Shown here: in pieces, positions 12,927 through 26,127 of the stretch | How the letters are laid out: each line of letters starts with the position of its first letter | How positions within the stretch are numbered: position 1 is the stretch's first letter | DNA from: Lingula anatina | Lineage: Eukaryota; Animalia; Brachiopoda | Reading direction: 5' to 3' | DNA: 64,000 nucleotides | Assembly: GCA_051362555.1 (NCBI GenBank) | Contig: CM120640.1 | Location: forward strand, 49,764,788-49,828,787 | Translations under genes and position numbers: made by a program | Notes under the pieces: generated by a model | What the model was told of the DNA's origin: nothing | Database searches by the model: none | Seen by the model: the letters and a program-made list of their open reading frames with translations, nothing else

Positions 12927-13745
12927 TACCCCTGACATGATAGGTGATTTACCGACTTTGATTTTTACGAATTCACTGGGTACTTAGTTAAATAGTCTTT
13001 GGAGTTAAAATGAAATATTGAGGTCGAAAATTGTACACACTGTTCCAATAACCAATGATTGCCCATGCACGGGTATTATCTTGTCCAGGTTGCTATCCGG
13101 CATTTCATGTTTCCCATGTAACAACAAAAATATTTTACTTTGAACTTCTAGGGAGGTTTTTAGGTGGCAATCTGGTGTGACAGGTATGGAAGTCCGCTAC
13201 ATGTAGTAACCGTAGCCCGTTCCACAACACTTTGTACAGTTGTTATTTGTCCCATACACATACTCTGATACTTCGAGCAAACCCTAACCTACAAGAATCA
13301 CTTTTGGGACCCGGGACTTTCCTGTCACACTGGTTCAAATGTGAAAATCAGACAATCATATTATCAATCTCGTAACAAAACGATGGAAGTCCGACAAAAA
13401 TTTCAGAAAGTTGCATTTATTCAAACCGCAGAGTGTTAATATAAAAAGCTGAGTATATCAAATTTCGAGTAAGCAATATCTTAGGTCTGCCCAAGGGCTG
13501 AATCAACTAATCGCATCACGTGGTCATTTCTTGGATCTTAGCAGTGGTTGAAACTGAAAAGAAAAAAATATGTTAAGCATTCTTTATATACAATCCCAGC
13601 TTTTGAGGAGTGGTTAACCCGTAAAAATCTGGATGCAGGTACTTCTTTGTTGAGATGTATTTACGTTTTTAAAACAAACCGCATGTATTGCCTTATTCAT
13701 TTATTTATTGTTATAAGAAATATTACACAAAGGATACCTTTGAAA

Positions 13746-16281
13746 TTAATGAACGGGTGCATAAGAGCGCTGGGCGTTGACGCAGGCTTTGATCCCGTCA
13801 TCCCAAGTGCTTCCCTTTGGACAGCTAAACTTGAAAGATTTGCAGCATGTGCATGCCTGTCCGTATTGGAAGTCGCAGCCGCACTGGATGAACCCGTTCT
13901 TGTCGTATGGGTCTGCGAACAGGCCGGATGGGTTGTTTTTGCATTTGTATGGGTTGCAGAATGCTGGATTGAAAGAAAAATACATTGATCTTTATTTACA
14001 AGATGTAGGAGCAAGACGAGGTAATTTGTAGTGAAAGTTTGTTCATTTGAAGGGTGTCATAGAGAAAATTAGCATTTTGGGGTATGATTTTAGATTCAAA
14101 AGTGAATTTGTTGGATCGATTGGTTTTACATGCCCAGTCTTTTGTCATGATCAGATCGCTATTGTACGGAGTGCCTCGATCGTCTTCGTTTTTTTTTTTT
14201 TTTTTTTTTTTTTTTCACAAACTGAAAAAAGCAACACTCCTATTTCGAAATAGAATTTCGGTAATTTGAAAACACTTAAAGTGATAATAACTCTTCGTTT
14301 CGGCCAAAAAATGAATTTTCCTGGAGTAAACAACAATTTTCCCGTACTTACCAATGGTTAATGAATCCATTTTTACATTCAAAGTTAGTCCCTGGTTTTT
14401 TTCTAAAAAGTTTGTTTTTTTGTTAAAATCTCTTAAGAGTATAGCCATCAATGGAGGTCACGTGGTCTATAGACAAGCTCAGATATCAGAATAATAGCTA
14501 TAACAGCCGTTTTTGTGGGGAAAACAGAATATATTATATTTTTATGAGTCATTCACAATGTTTTTATTGTGAAATACAGATTTCATACGAAGAGTTATTA
14601 TCCCTTTAAGTATTTAAGACAAAGAAACATCCTAAACTCTTCCGATCTGATCACGGAATGTTCGAGCTACGTCACAACAGAAAACCCCACTAACTTTATG
14701 AAATGCGGATTAAGCATGGACCCATTTATCTTCATTTATGAAAACCCTAGAACGAAACGTAATCCAGTTTAACGCTCAACATTTTTGTTAACTTATATAT
14801 ATAACAGAATTTATTTCTTAAAAGACGTCATGACGTTATAGTGAAAGTAAAGAAAATACTCACAGTCCTTGTAAGATCCGTGGCCACACCTGTCCTTGTC
14901 TCCGAGCGCACCATCATTGCAGAGATCTCCCTTGCAGAAGTACCACAAAGACTGGTACATTTTGGAGCCCTGGTACTGACACTGGACTTTTGGATCAACG
15001 TCAATTGGCAGGTTTTCCCGGTTAGCACAGCCTCTGTAGACCACTAGATTAAAAGAAAAGGATTACTTAGTTATGTTCTCTTTCCTGAGTGTGATAGTTG
15101 AAAGTAGGATATAAGTAAGTGATTAATCTTCATTTCGATTATTGCGTCTGACGATCAGTCGAAGTTTTCAATTTTCATATTTCATATCAATTCATTCCGT
15201 GGGCTATTGCATTTGATCTTCTAAGCTTTTTATTCTTTTTTTTCATGTTTGTTTCTTTTCCCAACTCCCTGGCCAGATGTAACCAGAACTGTGGACCATG
15301 AATCGGCACATGGTTGGGTATACACTGTATTATGTTCAGGAACCCCCACCACCTATTCCTACTTGGTTGTACCTATATTCGCCTATCGTTTAGCGAGGGG
15401 ACACCGGGTGTTATGTATCTCGGGAATTTTCGTATCTAATATTTCGGACGCAAATTTGAAACCGCAACCGCCTCTATCTCTTGTGAGCGTTTTCCTACTT
15501 AACCATTCCGGTTCCTTCATTTTTTTTCATATTTTTAAGTAATTTTTCTACTACAAAATGTAGGCAGAGGCTATTCGATTAAAAAACGGCGAACTGATGA
15601 TGATTGTATTTTTGAAGACACAATGCTTAACTGTCGAAACACCCATTTCTTTGCCTAAGCAAGAACGAGCTAAACGCAAAGAATATCGATCTTGCAAATA
15701 ACGTTTTTAGAATTCATAACAGTTTCAGTTGTCATTTTCCATATTAGAGTTTTCTGGAAACTGTAAAAACTAACTATTAAAAAAGACAAATACGTTATAT
15801 TCTATGTTGATATTACTTACAGCCGTTGGGGTCCTTGCGAATGAAGCAGTAACCAGAGTCGCAGTTCCATCGGTCTAGTTGTTCTCCGTCACTTGGTCTG
15901 GTAAGGGCACACAGCTCGGTTCCGGCCGCCACCTTGGACCATCCATAATTATTCTTAGAGTAGCCCGATGGCGCATAATTGCAGTCGTAACATCGTGTCC
16001 CTAATTTGTTACAAAATATAGTGAAACATTTTGACAGATGATATGAATTAATATGATCTAATCCTATTTATGTAGCCAGGTGATGCAAGTAATTATCACT
16101 GGATAAAGGTGTCCAACACATTATACTTCTACATACACGTAACGAGTAGGCAAATGCTAAGGAAAATTTCAGTTGGTTCAATTGGTATTACTTGCTTCAA
16201 GTTTAAATTTTACTTACCATAACCGCTCGGATGATCAGCAAACGCTGCCGCAACAAGGCAAAAGAAGACAACTGCGTACAT
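13746..16281 (-). CDS. Secreted cysteine-rich protein, 213 aa: signal peptide + Ly6/uPAR (three-finger, quiver-like) domain + chitin-binding type-2 (CBM14/peritrophin-A)-like domain
   Basis: Exons 16281-16218, 16000-15821, 15043-14864, 13963-13746 (all phase-1 GT-AG introns, 642 nt, open frame). MYAVVFFCLVAAAFA signal peptide; TRCYDC...C...C...YC...VYRGC...C...FCKGDLCN; then CKNNPSGLFADPYDKNGFIQC...FSCPKGSTWDDGIKAC. Gene structure is well supported; domain calls are by motif resemblance. Confidence 0.8.
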
Positions 16282-16343
16282 GATGCTGTAGAATGAGATC
16301 GTCAGGCGCAAGTGGAATTGATGCAGTTGCAGCTGGCTGGTGC

Positions 16344-16350
16344 TTTTATA
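16344..16350 (-). promoter_or_regulatory. TATA box of the secreted three-finger/chitin-binding gene
   Basis: TATAAAA on the minus strand ~63 bp upstream of the ATG at 16281. Confidence 0.65.
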
Positions 16351-18352
16351 CCCGGTTCACCGTTGAGGTGTGCCCCGACTTACAACAAGGTATGCTCGGT
16401 ACATTCCATGCTGGACCAGATGGGATGACAGCTGGCAAGGCGGGTCACGAGGCCAGAACGCTTGTTGTCGACAGCACACCAAAAGCCACTAAAGATTCGC
16501 TCATTAATATCGCATAAATTCCTATCCGAACTCTTGTTATTAGCAATAAATGTTTTAGGAAGGTGATTCACTGCACAGAACTGCAAAGTTGAGCCAGTAA
16601 AATAGCCATCATATTGTTTTAAATGACTGACTCTAAGATAGGCCCTATTTCGACATCGTAAAAAAGTTTGGATATATTGCTTGCTAATTATATTTTTTTC
16701 TTTTGCTATTGTAATTAGTTAATAGTAATATTCAAATCTAATGACAAGTTTTTAATTTTTATTTATATTGTTTTTGTCTGTTACCTCGGTTTTTTCTCAT
16801 TGCCATGGGTTTATTAGAGAATGATAATTATTCGGAATTGGCGACTCCGCAGCAGTTACTAAAAATTTGAAAACGCCCTTCCGAAATGTAAACATAACTG
16901 AAAGCATTTGGCCACACAACTGTTGTTCCGAGGTTACAAAGCTAATAAAGACATTATATATATTACCATATCTAATTGATAACTGCTGTTGTCTCGGCGT
17001 CATTTGCGTTACATATTATGCGTAAAATGCGTGCGGCGTTATAAAAATGCTTGGTCACGTTTTTCCAGCATGACAGATAGATAAGAGAGGATGTTAGTAG
17101 CAAAGTAATGACAACAAATGTAGGAACTAAGAACATATGTAGTACATATGTAGTTAGGTTTATATGGAAATGGTCTTTACCCTTGGACTGATACAGATTT
17201 TTTTATTGATGAAATCATCAAATGTTACCAATAACTCTAACGAATTAAGACCATTAAATAGCAGATGTCACTGAAAAAAACAGTCAGATTATTTGTATTC
17301 AATACCTACATTCATATCAACTGCGTGCTGAGGTCAACCCATAAAAGTCTGTCTGCCAAAACGCTCCTTCTAGTTATATTACTATCACCGTTTCCGCTTA
17401 CTCCTGTTCCGCAGTTTGGAGTTCACTTTATTACCTGACAAAATACTTTCACATTCATTCATTACACGTTATTATCTATTTTTTTTCTGGCAATAAAAAC
17501 GTAACCCTTTTTCCTTGCACCTGGATTAATCGACCTCCTGTTATTGGAAGTATTTTTGAAAATGGATTTAATTTAGATGTCTTTTTTGTTTTGGGGCCTA
17601 GAGTATATATTTGGATTTTCCACTCTTATTTTTAGCTTTAGCTCCCAGACTAACATGTTTAACAACTAACTTCAAATGATGCAGAACTGAAAAAAGGGGT
17701 GTTGATTTCAAATTTAAATGATAGGTATTGTTTGAATCTGTTGGATATTTTAGTCTACATCTATGTGGACTTGTAGGGACCTTTTTGTTTTTGATATATG
17801 CGCAAAGTTAGGTGACTTGTAGGCCCATGAGACCGGGTGATTTATATATTCACATATCACGTGAATAAATAAATGCTATATATACATTTCGTCTCGCAAG
17901 ACGTTCTTCACAGCGCGCGAGCTGCCGTGTGCGCGACGACGTTTTCTGACGATGTCGACGAGACGCAACAGCACAATAAAGATAGAGTCCGATAACGTAG
18001 AAAGGAGTCGGAGAATCATGAATCATATAACATAGATCTGTGGTCAATAACCTTCTGTATGGTGTATTTAAAATGAGTTCAGGTAATTTTTGCTGTATTA
18101 GAGTGTTTTTTTTTTTCACCAAGAAATACGAGAGAGAGAGAGAGAGAACCATCTTAACTGTTCAATGCAACTATTTTGAAAAACATTAATGGTATGAAAA
18201 GCTTATAAGCATCTTTTAGCCTATCTACAAGAGATTGCGACTCTCATGCGTAATATCCTTTATATTTTACAATGTTTGTTTGTATAACCAGCGTTACAAA
18301 ATCCTTTTATTGCAGAGTGTTTTCAAACCTAACCTAACCTTGTCTAGCCATC

Positions 18353-18982
18353 ATGATAGTAGGCATATTTACGACCTGGAATGTCAGTATCTTAAAGCGT
18401 CCGGAGGATATCTTCAAACGCCGCCTTGATAACAATCCAACCTACCCGTTTGAAGAAGTTGGCCCTGGGATCTTCCAGCGTGCAAGGAGCAAGGTGCCCA
18501 CATTTTGGCTGGGTCTCCTGGGAATTGTTTTGACTGTTTTACTGGCATGTACTATGTACATGAACGCGCCAATAGATCAGTTTATAGTCTTACATGTGAT
18601 CGGTTTGATAGGATCTTTAGCAATCACATTTCACTATCGTGAAGAGAGAACGCTAATTTTGAAACCCAACGACAAAATGTATGAATTTTTTAATAAGGAA
18701 AAGCTTGTGTATCGAGGACATTATCACAATGCTTATATACGCCTGAAAGGGCAAAGTGGCGGAACAGGTGTTTTATACCTGCAAGTAGTCATAGGTGGTT
18801 TTCAAATCGAAGAAGAATCTTTGACGTCTAACTGTACAAATGTAGAAAAATTACGAAAACTGGCTAGGCGCTTGGCCGCCCGGTTGGATCTTAACTATTT
18901 TGACTATACTGACAAATCTAGACACCACATTCTTCGACATCGGTGCCCATACGCTTCGACTGAATCTGAAATATTGGTATAG
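18353..18982 (+). CDS. TMEM249: TMEM249-like protein (CatSper auxiliary subunit homologue), 209 aa, intronless CDS
   Basis: Two hydrophobic segments. PEDIFKRRLDNNPTYPF and LARRLAARLDLNYFDY..KSRHHILRH resemble my recollection of vertebrate TMEM249 (PERHLARRLKNNSFYPF; IARKLNINYFDY...RHVVRH). Probable 5'UTR intron 18083-18315. Confidence 0.82.
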   Translation: MIVGIFTTWNVSILKRPEDIFKRRLDNNPTYPFEEVGPGIFQRARSKVPTFWLGLLGIVLTVLLACTMYMNAPIDQFIVLHVIGLIGSLAITFHYREERTLILKPNDKMYEFFNKEKLVYRGHYHNAYIRLKGQSGGTGVLYLQVVIGGFQIEEESLTSNCTNVEKLRKLARRLAARLDLNYFDYTDKSRHHILRHRCPYASTESEILV

Positions 18983-21900
18983 GGCTTTCGTTCTCGCCAA
19001 AATGAAGTGCTGCGCAAGAAGGGAGAATGGTACGATTGCTGGGGGTACACGAGCATGTCTTTGGCTAACAGCAGTTCACAAAGTTAACGAATTGTCAATT
19101 TTTTTTATCCCGGTAATTCTACAACAGTGTATTCCTTTGTGTTTTCTATTTGTCTAAACCCTAGCCTTTGAGCATTATACCAACAGCAATCCATTAACGA
19201 ATGATCGCTTTCTCATACAGGTAATTTCATAAAGAGACACACAGAGAGCGTTAGACCTTTATACAGCAAAAATTTACATCGTAAATTTCATCGTTATTCT
19301 CTTAGTCATTAATATATAGGGTCTATCATATCTAAACCGTTTACAGGATTACGACCTACTGTATGAGCTCGTTTTAGAGTCCCTCTCATAACGGAAATAG
19401 AGACAGGCGTGTTTCACTTGTGACACTGACAGTGAAAATAGAAATTTAGAGATCGAAAAAATGTTCGTAGATCGGTTTCTCAACGGATTTGGAGAGTGTA
19501 TACCTTGTTCATGATTTTTTTGCGTTCATGCTAGTGCGTATTGTATGCCTATGTACTTAATCTCTGCACTGGGATGGTTTTAACGCAATCGAAACCACAC
19601 GATATGTTTTCATGTGATATTGGTATAAAGAATACATCGGTTTTTGAATTTATTGTGAAATGATTTTGATTAATAATAAGAAAAAGGAAAATCGTTGGAT
19701 GTGAAATAAAAAAACAAATTAAAATGTCAAATTTTTCGCTTTTTTCCAGAAGTGAAACCAGACGAAAGACGTACTGAAAGGCAATAACTTACCCCTTTCT
19801 TATATCTGAGAGTGAACATTCCTGGTCGCTTATTTATAAACTACACGTATATTTAGTTTAAAATGTTGCTTTTTTTCACGGCATTTATTTATTCATTTTT
19901 GTAGTAAACATCTAATTTACCATGCCTTGAATGCCGGGAGATTTTCCCTCTACTTATTCTTACTCTTGTTTTTACATTTTGTTTCTGCTGTAGATTCAGT
20001 ATACAGTTAGGCCTATAGATGTTATCGTCTATTGTGACCAAAGTTTCATTTGACTTAACATCTTTGTTGATGGAGGGTATGTGTTTTTTTCTGTTGAGGA
20101 TACGCCTGTAACAGACCGAGGAAGAAAAAGACAGAGGATGTATTTCCAGGAGATAAAGAAGCAATTTAAAGATTAAAGTATCCATTGCGTTCATTAGTAG
20201 ATAAAATACATATTTTTAGGTGCGATCCATAATAGAAACACAATTTTTTAGATATTTATTCGACCCTCTTCTTAAACATGAATATAATTGCGAGTCTTAC
20301 ATTTTGCTCAACAACCGCAATATAAACAATTACTCCCTCACCGGGTTAGTCCTCTTGCAACCATAATCGTCAAGTTCTTCTGCCTGTCGCTTGGCATTGT
20401 AACCCTCCTCCCCTGTATACGAAATTTCGTTACTCAGTTTGTGAATATGTTGGATGGGGAAATGTCCCGTGCTTTAATAGCCAAAAAGACATCCATTATA
20501 GTTTTAAGAGATATTGTTTTTCTACTTCCTAGTATTGTCTATGTCGCTTTAAAGTTTTGAATCAATAGCTCTTACACCATACCTGTTGACCTGTTAGGAT
20601 AAATTATAATTCATATGAAGTCCAAAACTGAATGACTGGTTTCACATAAGACAGTGGATAGTTTTTAAGAAATTGATAGCTGATTTAAGTTCTGCTCCTG
20701 AAATATTGTTTAGAAACCATCTTCCTTCTCAGCCGATGCGCTTGTTGCAAACTCCTTTTTCTATTTTCATTTAAATTTTATCACAAAACACAAATATTAG
20801 TCTTAGCAATTTACTTATGACAATTTAGGCATGAACAATTCTATTTGTTGAGGTTTTTGGGAATTTTGTATTGTTGATATAAAGCGGCAAAATTAACCCT
20901 TTTGTAAATCAGAAAACGTTTCAAGCCTCTCTTATTAAAAATACTGTCATTTTCATTTTCATGGGATGTTGACAGTAAATACGACCAGCAGCACTTACAG
21001 ACCGGGATGCTGAGTCTTTGCCAAAGAAATCGTGTATCATGTCGTAATATCAGTGATTACGGTCCCAGATATTTGATAACAACAAAACACCAACAACAAC
21101 ATTTAAACCGCAAATACCATTTTTTTTGTATTTTATTAAAATACGTCAAGAGAGCCGCTTGCTCGGCGAGTTGTAAGTCGGCCTGCTACAATTCTCAGTG
21201 AAAATACATTAAAACAAAAAAATAAAAAAAAAACATTGAAACAAAATGGAAATTTGCGCTGTGGCAGGTGAGGGGTATTAAATTTAATCTCTGACTCGCA
21301 TATTTTGCACTTTTATACTCTGAAACTGTTGATTTTCTAAAACTAAGTGGCTCAATCTATTAACTAATAGTAGCTAATTGTTTCCATCTCATTTTTTATT
21401 TTTTATTCAAGAATGAGCTGCACAGTGAAGTAACATTGCTTATGTAAATAACCACGTATTGCCTAATATCGCATTTAGATCCTTGTAATTTTCTTGAGTG
21501 TTAGTGGAGTATAACATTCTGAAATAACACCCTCACTTTAAACACATTTACAGAAGCTCACACGATAAATACAAACTTCAAATAACAAATGACAAGCCAA
21601 AATCATAACTCAAAGTATGCAACATTATACAGCAAGCAATATGCGAACGAGTATTTACGATCAGGCCACACAAAACTGTTGAAAAAGTTAACGGGCACAA
21701 CGGACCCTAATTTGGGGGGAAATCAGAATTCTTTTTGCCCTTTAGTTTTCAAATGGAAAAGCCATTAATTGGTTTGGTGAGTGGGAGAAACATACAACTG
21801 AACAAAGAAAATTAAGCTACTATGCTTCTTTAAAATCGCATGTATCAAACACAATAATAGATTTTGTCTACCGACGTGTTGTCTACCAGTTTCTATGCTA

Positions 21901-22419
21901 CCTTATCAATTTTGTCTAGCCTTATTGGTAGGCCTGTATCTTTTACGCCACATTAAAAAAACATACACTGATAACTACAAGGTCAATCTAGGCTTACTTT
22001 GCTTATTTTCAACAATAGGAAGCCAGACCAAATAAATTAACAGGCAGTCGGCTTTGTGCCATATTTGATATGTAGCCTGCTCTTGTTCGTTTATCCCCGG
22101 GTCAACCGGAGTATGATCACAGATGATAAAAGCAGTTTGCTCCCAAAGCGTGACACACTCAGCGAGGTCTTGTCTTCACGCAGCGACGCTGATTTCACAG
22201 CATTACATTTGCACTAGTGTTCTTGCCTTGTTTTTAAAAATCGTATTCAGTTTTGCATTGTTGTGCAGACTATATGTCCCTGATGTTGATGGTGGCTGAG
22301 GCGAGAGTTTGCATGTACAGTTCTATTGGTGTTTTGATGACTCGGCCTCTTTTTCTAATCCTACTGGCAGTGTGGCGCTACTGTCTTTTTCTTCTTCTTT
22401 TTTAATATTTTTAACTGGT

Positions 22420-25400
22420 TCAAAATGTCCTTGGAGATCGGATGTATGCTATTTTACGTCTGCCATACTTGATACACTTCCCCCACCAAGACTTTTTCTT
22501 GCACACACGCTCTCTCTTGAAAATGAAGCATTTCATTTGTATAACATTGAAGTACATTCTTCCAACCATATCGGCAATGTTGTTTCTGCTGTTTTTTAAA
22601 CAATTTCTGAATCTGAAAATAAAATCATAATGTATGACTTAAAAATGAGTCAGCTTGAATCTAATGTTTTGAATATATAACCTAATGTTAAAACTTCTTA
22701 GTAGGAGGAATCTGCAGCTTGTAAGACCAATTGATAAACGATAGAGGCTGCCTTTGTCTTTCTCAATTGTTTTTACACGAAATATCAAGAATTGTTCAAA
22801 TGCGTTCAACCAAAAATACGTATTACCCTCGCTGTGCTTTGTACTCTTGATTTTATGTGAAATCCCCGGGACAAAATCATTAACATTCATGACATTCTCA
22901 TGCATTATTCATGTGCTGTAAAAAGTATACGCGAACTTGAACAATCATCCTTTTTAGATATCTAATAATTTATTACCTTGCTTACATTTCAATGCGCATG
23001 TTAAGAAATATGCATGTACGGCATTATATCAAACGGAGGCCCAGTGAAAGTGGAACACAATCGTATACTATGCCATATAATCTCTATATAGGAATATTAA
23101 CTTCTGGTTGTGAGGTTCAATGGTTTTTTAGGCGCGTGGAACAGCTCACTTGGTCCGACCTGTTTAAGGTTGACTTGTAGATATTATATGTTAAAGTGTA
23201 ACATGATACTCATAATGCTTCACTTTGTAAGACTATAAATATAGCGGTTTATCTAAATTATATACCTGCATAAGGGTCACAAGAGATAAGCTGAGAGGGT
23301 GTCGCTCTAACCGTAGGCTAAATTTTAAGAGAGTGCTTTTAAATATGTCGTCAAAATTTAGACAATCTGGGATTGATAGGCTTTTTTTAGGTGGATAACT
23401 TTAAAACACCCGTAAAAGACAACATCGCGATCAATACTTTCTTTCTTTCTTTCTTTCTTTCTTTTGCCTACATAAGTTGACCTCATACTTCGGACAATTT
23501 CTTAACCAGACTTTGACGTCCATACCAGTACACGCAGTCAAATGATAAAGTATGATAAAATATCATTTGAATCAGCACGAGAGGCTATGCTTAAAACCTC
23601 ATAAAGGTTTTTAATCAGCGCACAATAAAAAAAAAAAATAATTGCTTCCCATTTGATAAACCGAGAGGTACAGTGACTTTATATATTCAACATTGTTTTG
23701 CGGACAGCAACTAAAATTTGTCTGCTTTACATTTTGGACGACCTAACACTTGATGCTGAATGCGGTTACAAACTACAATACAAAATTACTATGCCGTAAG
23801 TTTCAAAATATTTTGACAATTCTAAATCTGACGAAAACCTTTGTGTCTCGAATATACATTAACACAAAACATCCGGAAAACTTTGCTCTTATTCATTCCA
23901 CAGCAAAACCCGTCACACGCTAACAATTGACCAATATTGTGGATAAGGGTAGGTTTTGAGGTCACTTTGGCATTGAGGAAATACGCAATCTTCTGCAGGT
24001 CATCTTAGGGCTCTATAGTTTTAGGTGTGCTGACGTGCCCAGCCTTTTCAAAGCTAGTAGGAAATTTGGACGTTTTTTCAATTATTAGTTCTAACCAACC
24101 TATCTGCACGGGTGACTCATATAGCTTGTAACTTAAATCGTCTTTACTATGTTACTCCCTCAGCCTATTTCCTCGTCCAGTACCCTGGACTTGATTTTTT
24201 CAGTTTTTCATGTTTTGTTGATACTTTAAGTACACGGCAAACACCTATGCAATATAATATGTAACGCCAAGTGAAGTGATTTCAATGTTGTCGCAACGGT
24301 ACAGACTGTTACAATAGAATAAAGTAAAATCTACAATACACTCCTCTCATGATACCGTGCGTACCTGCACTCAAATGTCAACAAGGCCTTTTATATTTTG
24401 TTCTATTGAACAATGTTTATTGAAAGTCTGTCTAAGTGGGAGGCAGGGACTTTTTAATAAAACATCTTGGAGGATTTGGCAAGGTTCCCTGATTTAACTA
24501 GTGTCCCGTTATATGGATTTTCCCCGCGATTGTTACCGACTGGCCGGATCCAGCGGAGGTGAAAATTTTGGCCTAAGGCCTGCTGGCTTACGTCCAGACC
24601 CCTCTAACCCGAGTCGCGTTAGCTGGTGTATTCTTTTATAAGACTCACGTAGTATATGTCTGGGTTTTTTTTCAAAGAAAACCTTTCATTCTAATTTTGA
24701 AGTTACTATATTTTACCTTTTAAATTTGTTTGAAGAACTGAACAACTGTGATGATTTTTATTTCATTAATTTTTGTGATATTTTTTCTGGAAATGTTTAA
24801 TCATAGATAAAGGTCTTCCCATTTTATGTCTTAACTTAAACTTGATAAAATCATGAAATCAAAGCCCTTACGCGAGTACCGTCTACTGCAAGCACGATAG
24901 GCCGGAGGCAGTACAAAGTCATTTCCTTAGTCATTAACATCAGCCAGGGGCAAGTAAGCACTGTTAATGTTTTTTATGGACCTACAAATTGTGGGAATAG
25001 ATCAAGAGCACGGAAGAGCTACAACAATGTAGGATTGTGTGAATGGGAAAAACATATTGCCGGCCGGCATATCAAGAGAGAGATAGAGAATGAGAGAGCC
25101 GATACTTACATTTCATCACAATCACAATGACTAACTGTATGGAATCTGTAGTTAAATAGACCCCACCTCCTACGAAAGCTGGTGATGGTGTATTTACAGT
25201 GGTCATGTTTTCTGCAGCACTTGTCAGTATCACGACTTTCTCCCAGATCGTGAAAGTCATCGGCTGTATTTCCCTTGCCACACCACTTCGTACCTGGGTA
25301 CAAGAGACTTCTTTTACTTCGACGTTGACTGTCAGTGCGTTCAGTATAATATTGAGACTCATCCATGTCGTCACCTCGTTGTTTGTGAAAGGCTTGACAC

Positions 25401-25831
25401 TGTTTTCTTAGGCGATGAAAGTTGATCAGGTCTTTAACTTGAGATTCTAGGTGATGCCTATCCCTGATGGATTCTCTGGACACGTTGGTTTGACCATGTT
25501 GACCACTAAAGTTATCCAAGAAACGTTTGATGTCATTCTTTTCTTTCGAAATATCACAGTCTTTTATGTTTGTTTTACTGTCATAGAGAAGTTGAAGTAC
25601 TTCTTTTCCGTTGAAGATTTGTCTGTAAAACAGTCCGCGTTCCTCTATATTTGGAATAGTCGTTTCGGCCGCTAACACGCCGTTGAAAGTAACTCGAATA
25701 AGGTTCTCTGAACCTGATTTACTTCTCAACACGTAGTTTTCCGTCTGGTGTCTGGCTGTTTGACTTGTCTCACCCGCCGCAGGTATGATGAAATAAATCA
25801 TTAACACAAAAAACAAATTAGGGACGGTCAT
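22420..25831 (-). CDS. Group III secreted phospholipase A2 precursor, 304 aa
   Basis: Exons 25831-25110 and 22612-22420 (phase-2 GT-AG). Signal peptide, long pro-region, RRSKR, then YPGTKWCGKG (Ca loop), DKCCRKHDHC (catalytic His), HCDCDE|IFRNCLK, VGRMYFNVIQMKCF, C..KSWWGKC. Confidence 0.93.
23437..23464. repeat. (CTTT)n microsatellite
   Basis: Direct reading, in the PLA2 intron. Confidence 0.9.
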
Positions 25832-25925
25832 AATGGCTGACTGATCTGTTCGTGGGCAGGGCTGGCTTATCTGCCACGGATTGGTCGAACGGTCGAATGC
25901 GTCTGCTTGTCTTGAAAGACTCGGC

Positions 25926-26127
25926 TTTTATAAGAGGCTGTGTGAGAAAACAGCCCGCATTGCCACCTGGGATTGATGTCAATTGTTCCCCTTGAACAAA
26001 CGTAACCGCAAGAAATATTGAGCAGACGGAAAATGACCTCTTGCGGTATGTTTTAAATAATCTATGTCGTATATCGATTATTCCGTTATTCTCAGTCGCA
26101 GTAGCTTATAGACCCCCTTTGACGTCA
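25926..26127 (-). promoter_or_regulatory. PLA2 promoter: TATA box and consensus CRE
   Basis: TATAAAA (-) at 25926-25932; palindromic TGACGTCA at 26120-26127. Confidence 0.55.

Noticed and set aside
13548-14031. 146-, 105- and 84-aa ORFs
   Set aside because: Shadows of the Cys-rich last exon of the secreted gene.
14047-14770. CpG-containing intronic stretch that looks repeat-derived
   Set aside because: No convincing termini or target duplication could be delimited by eye.
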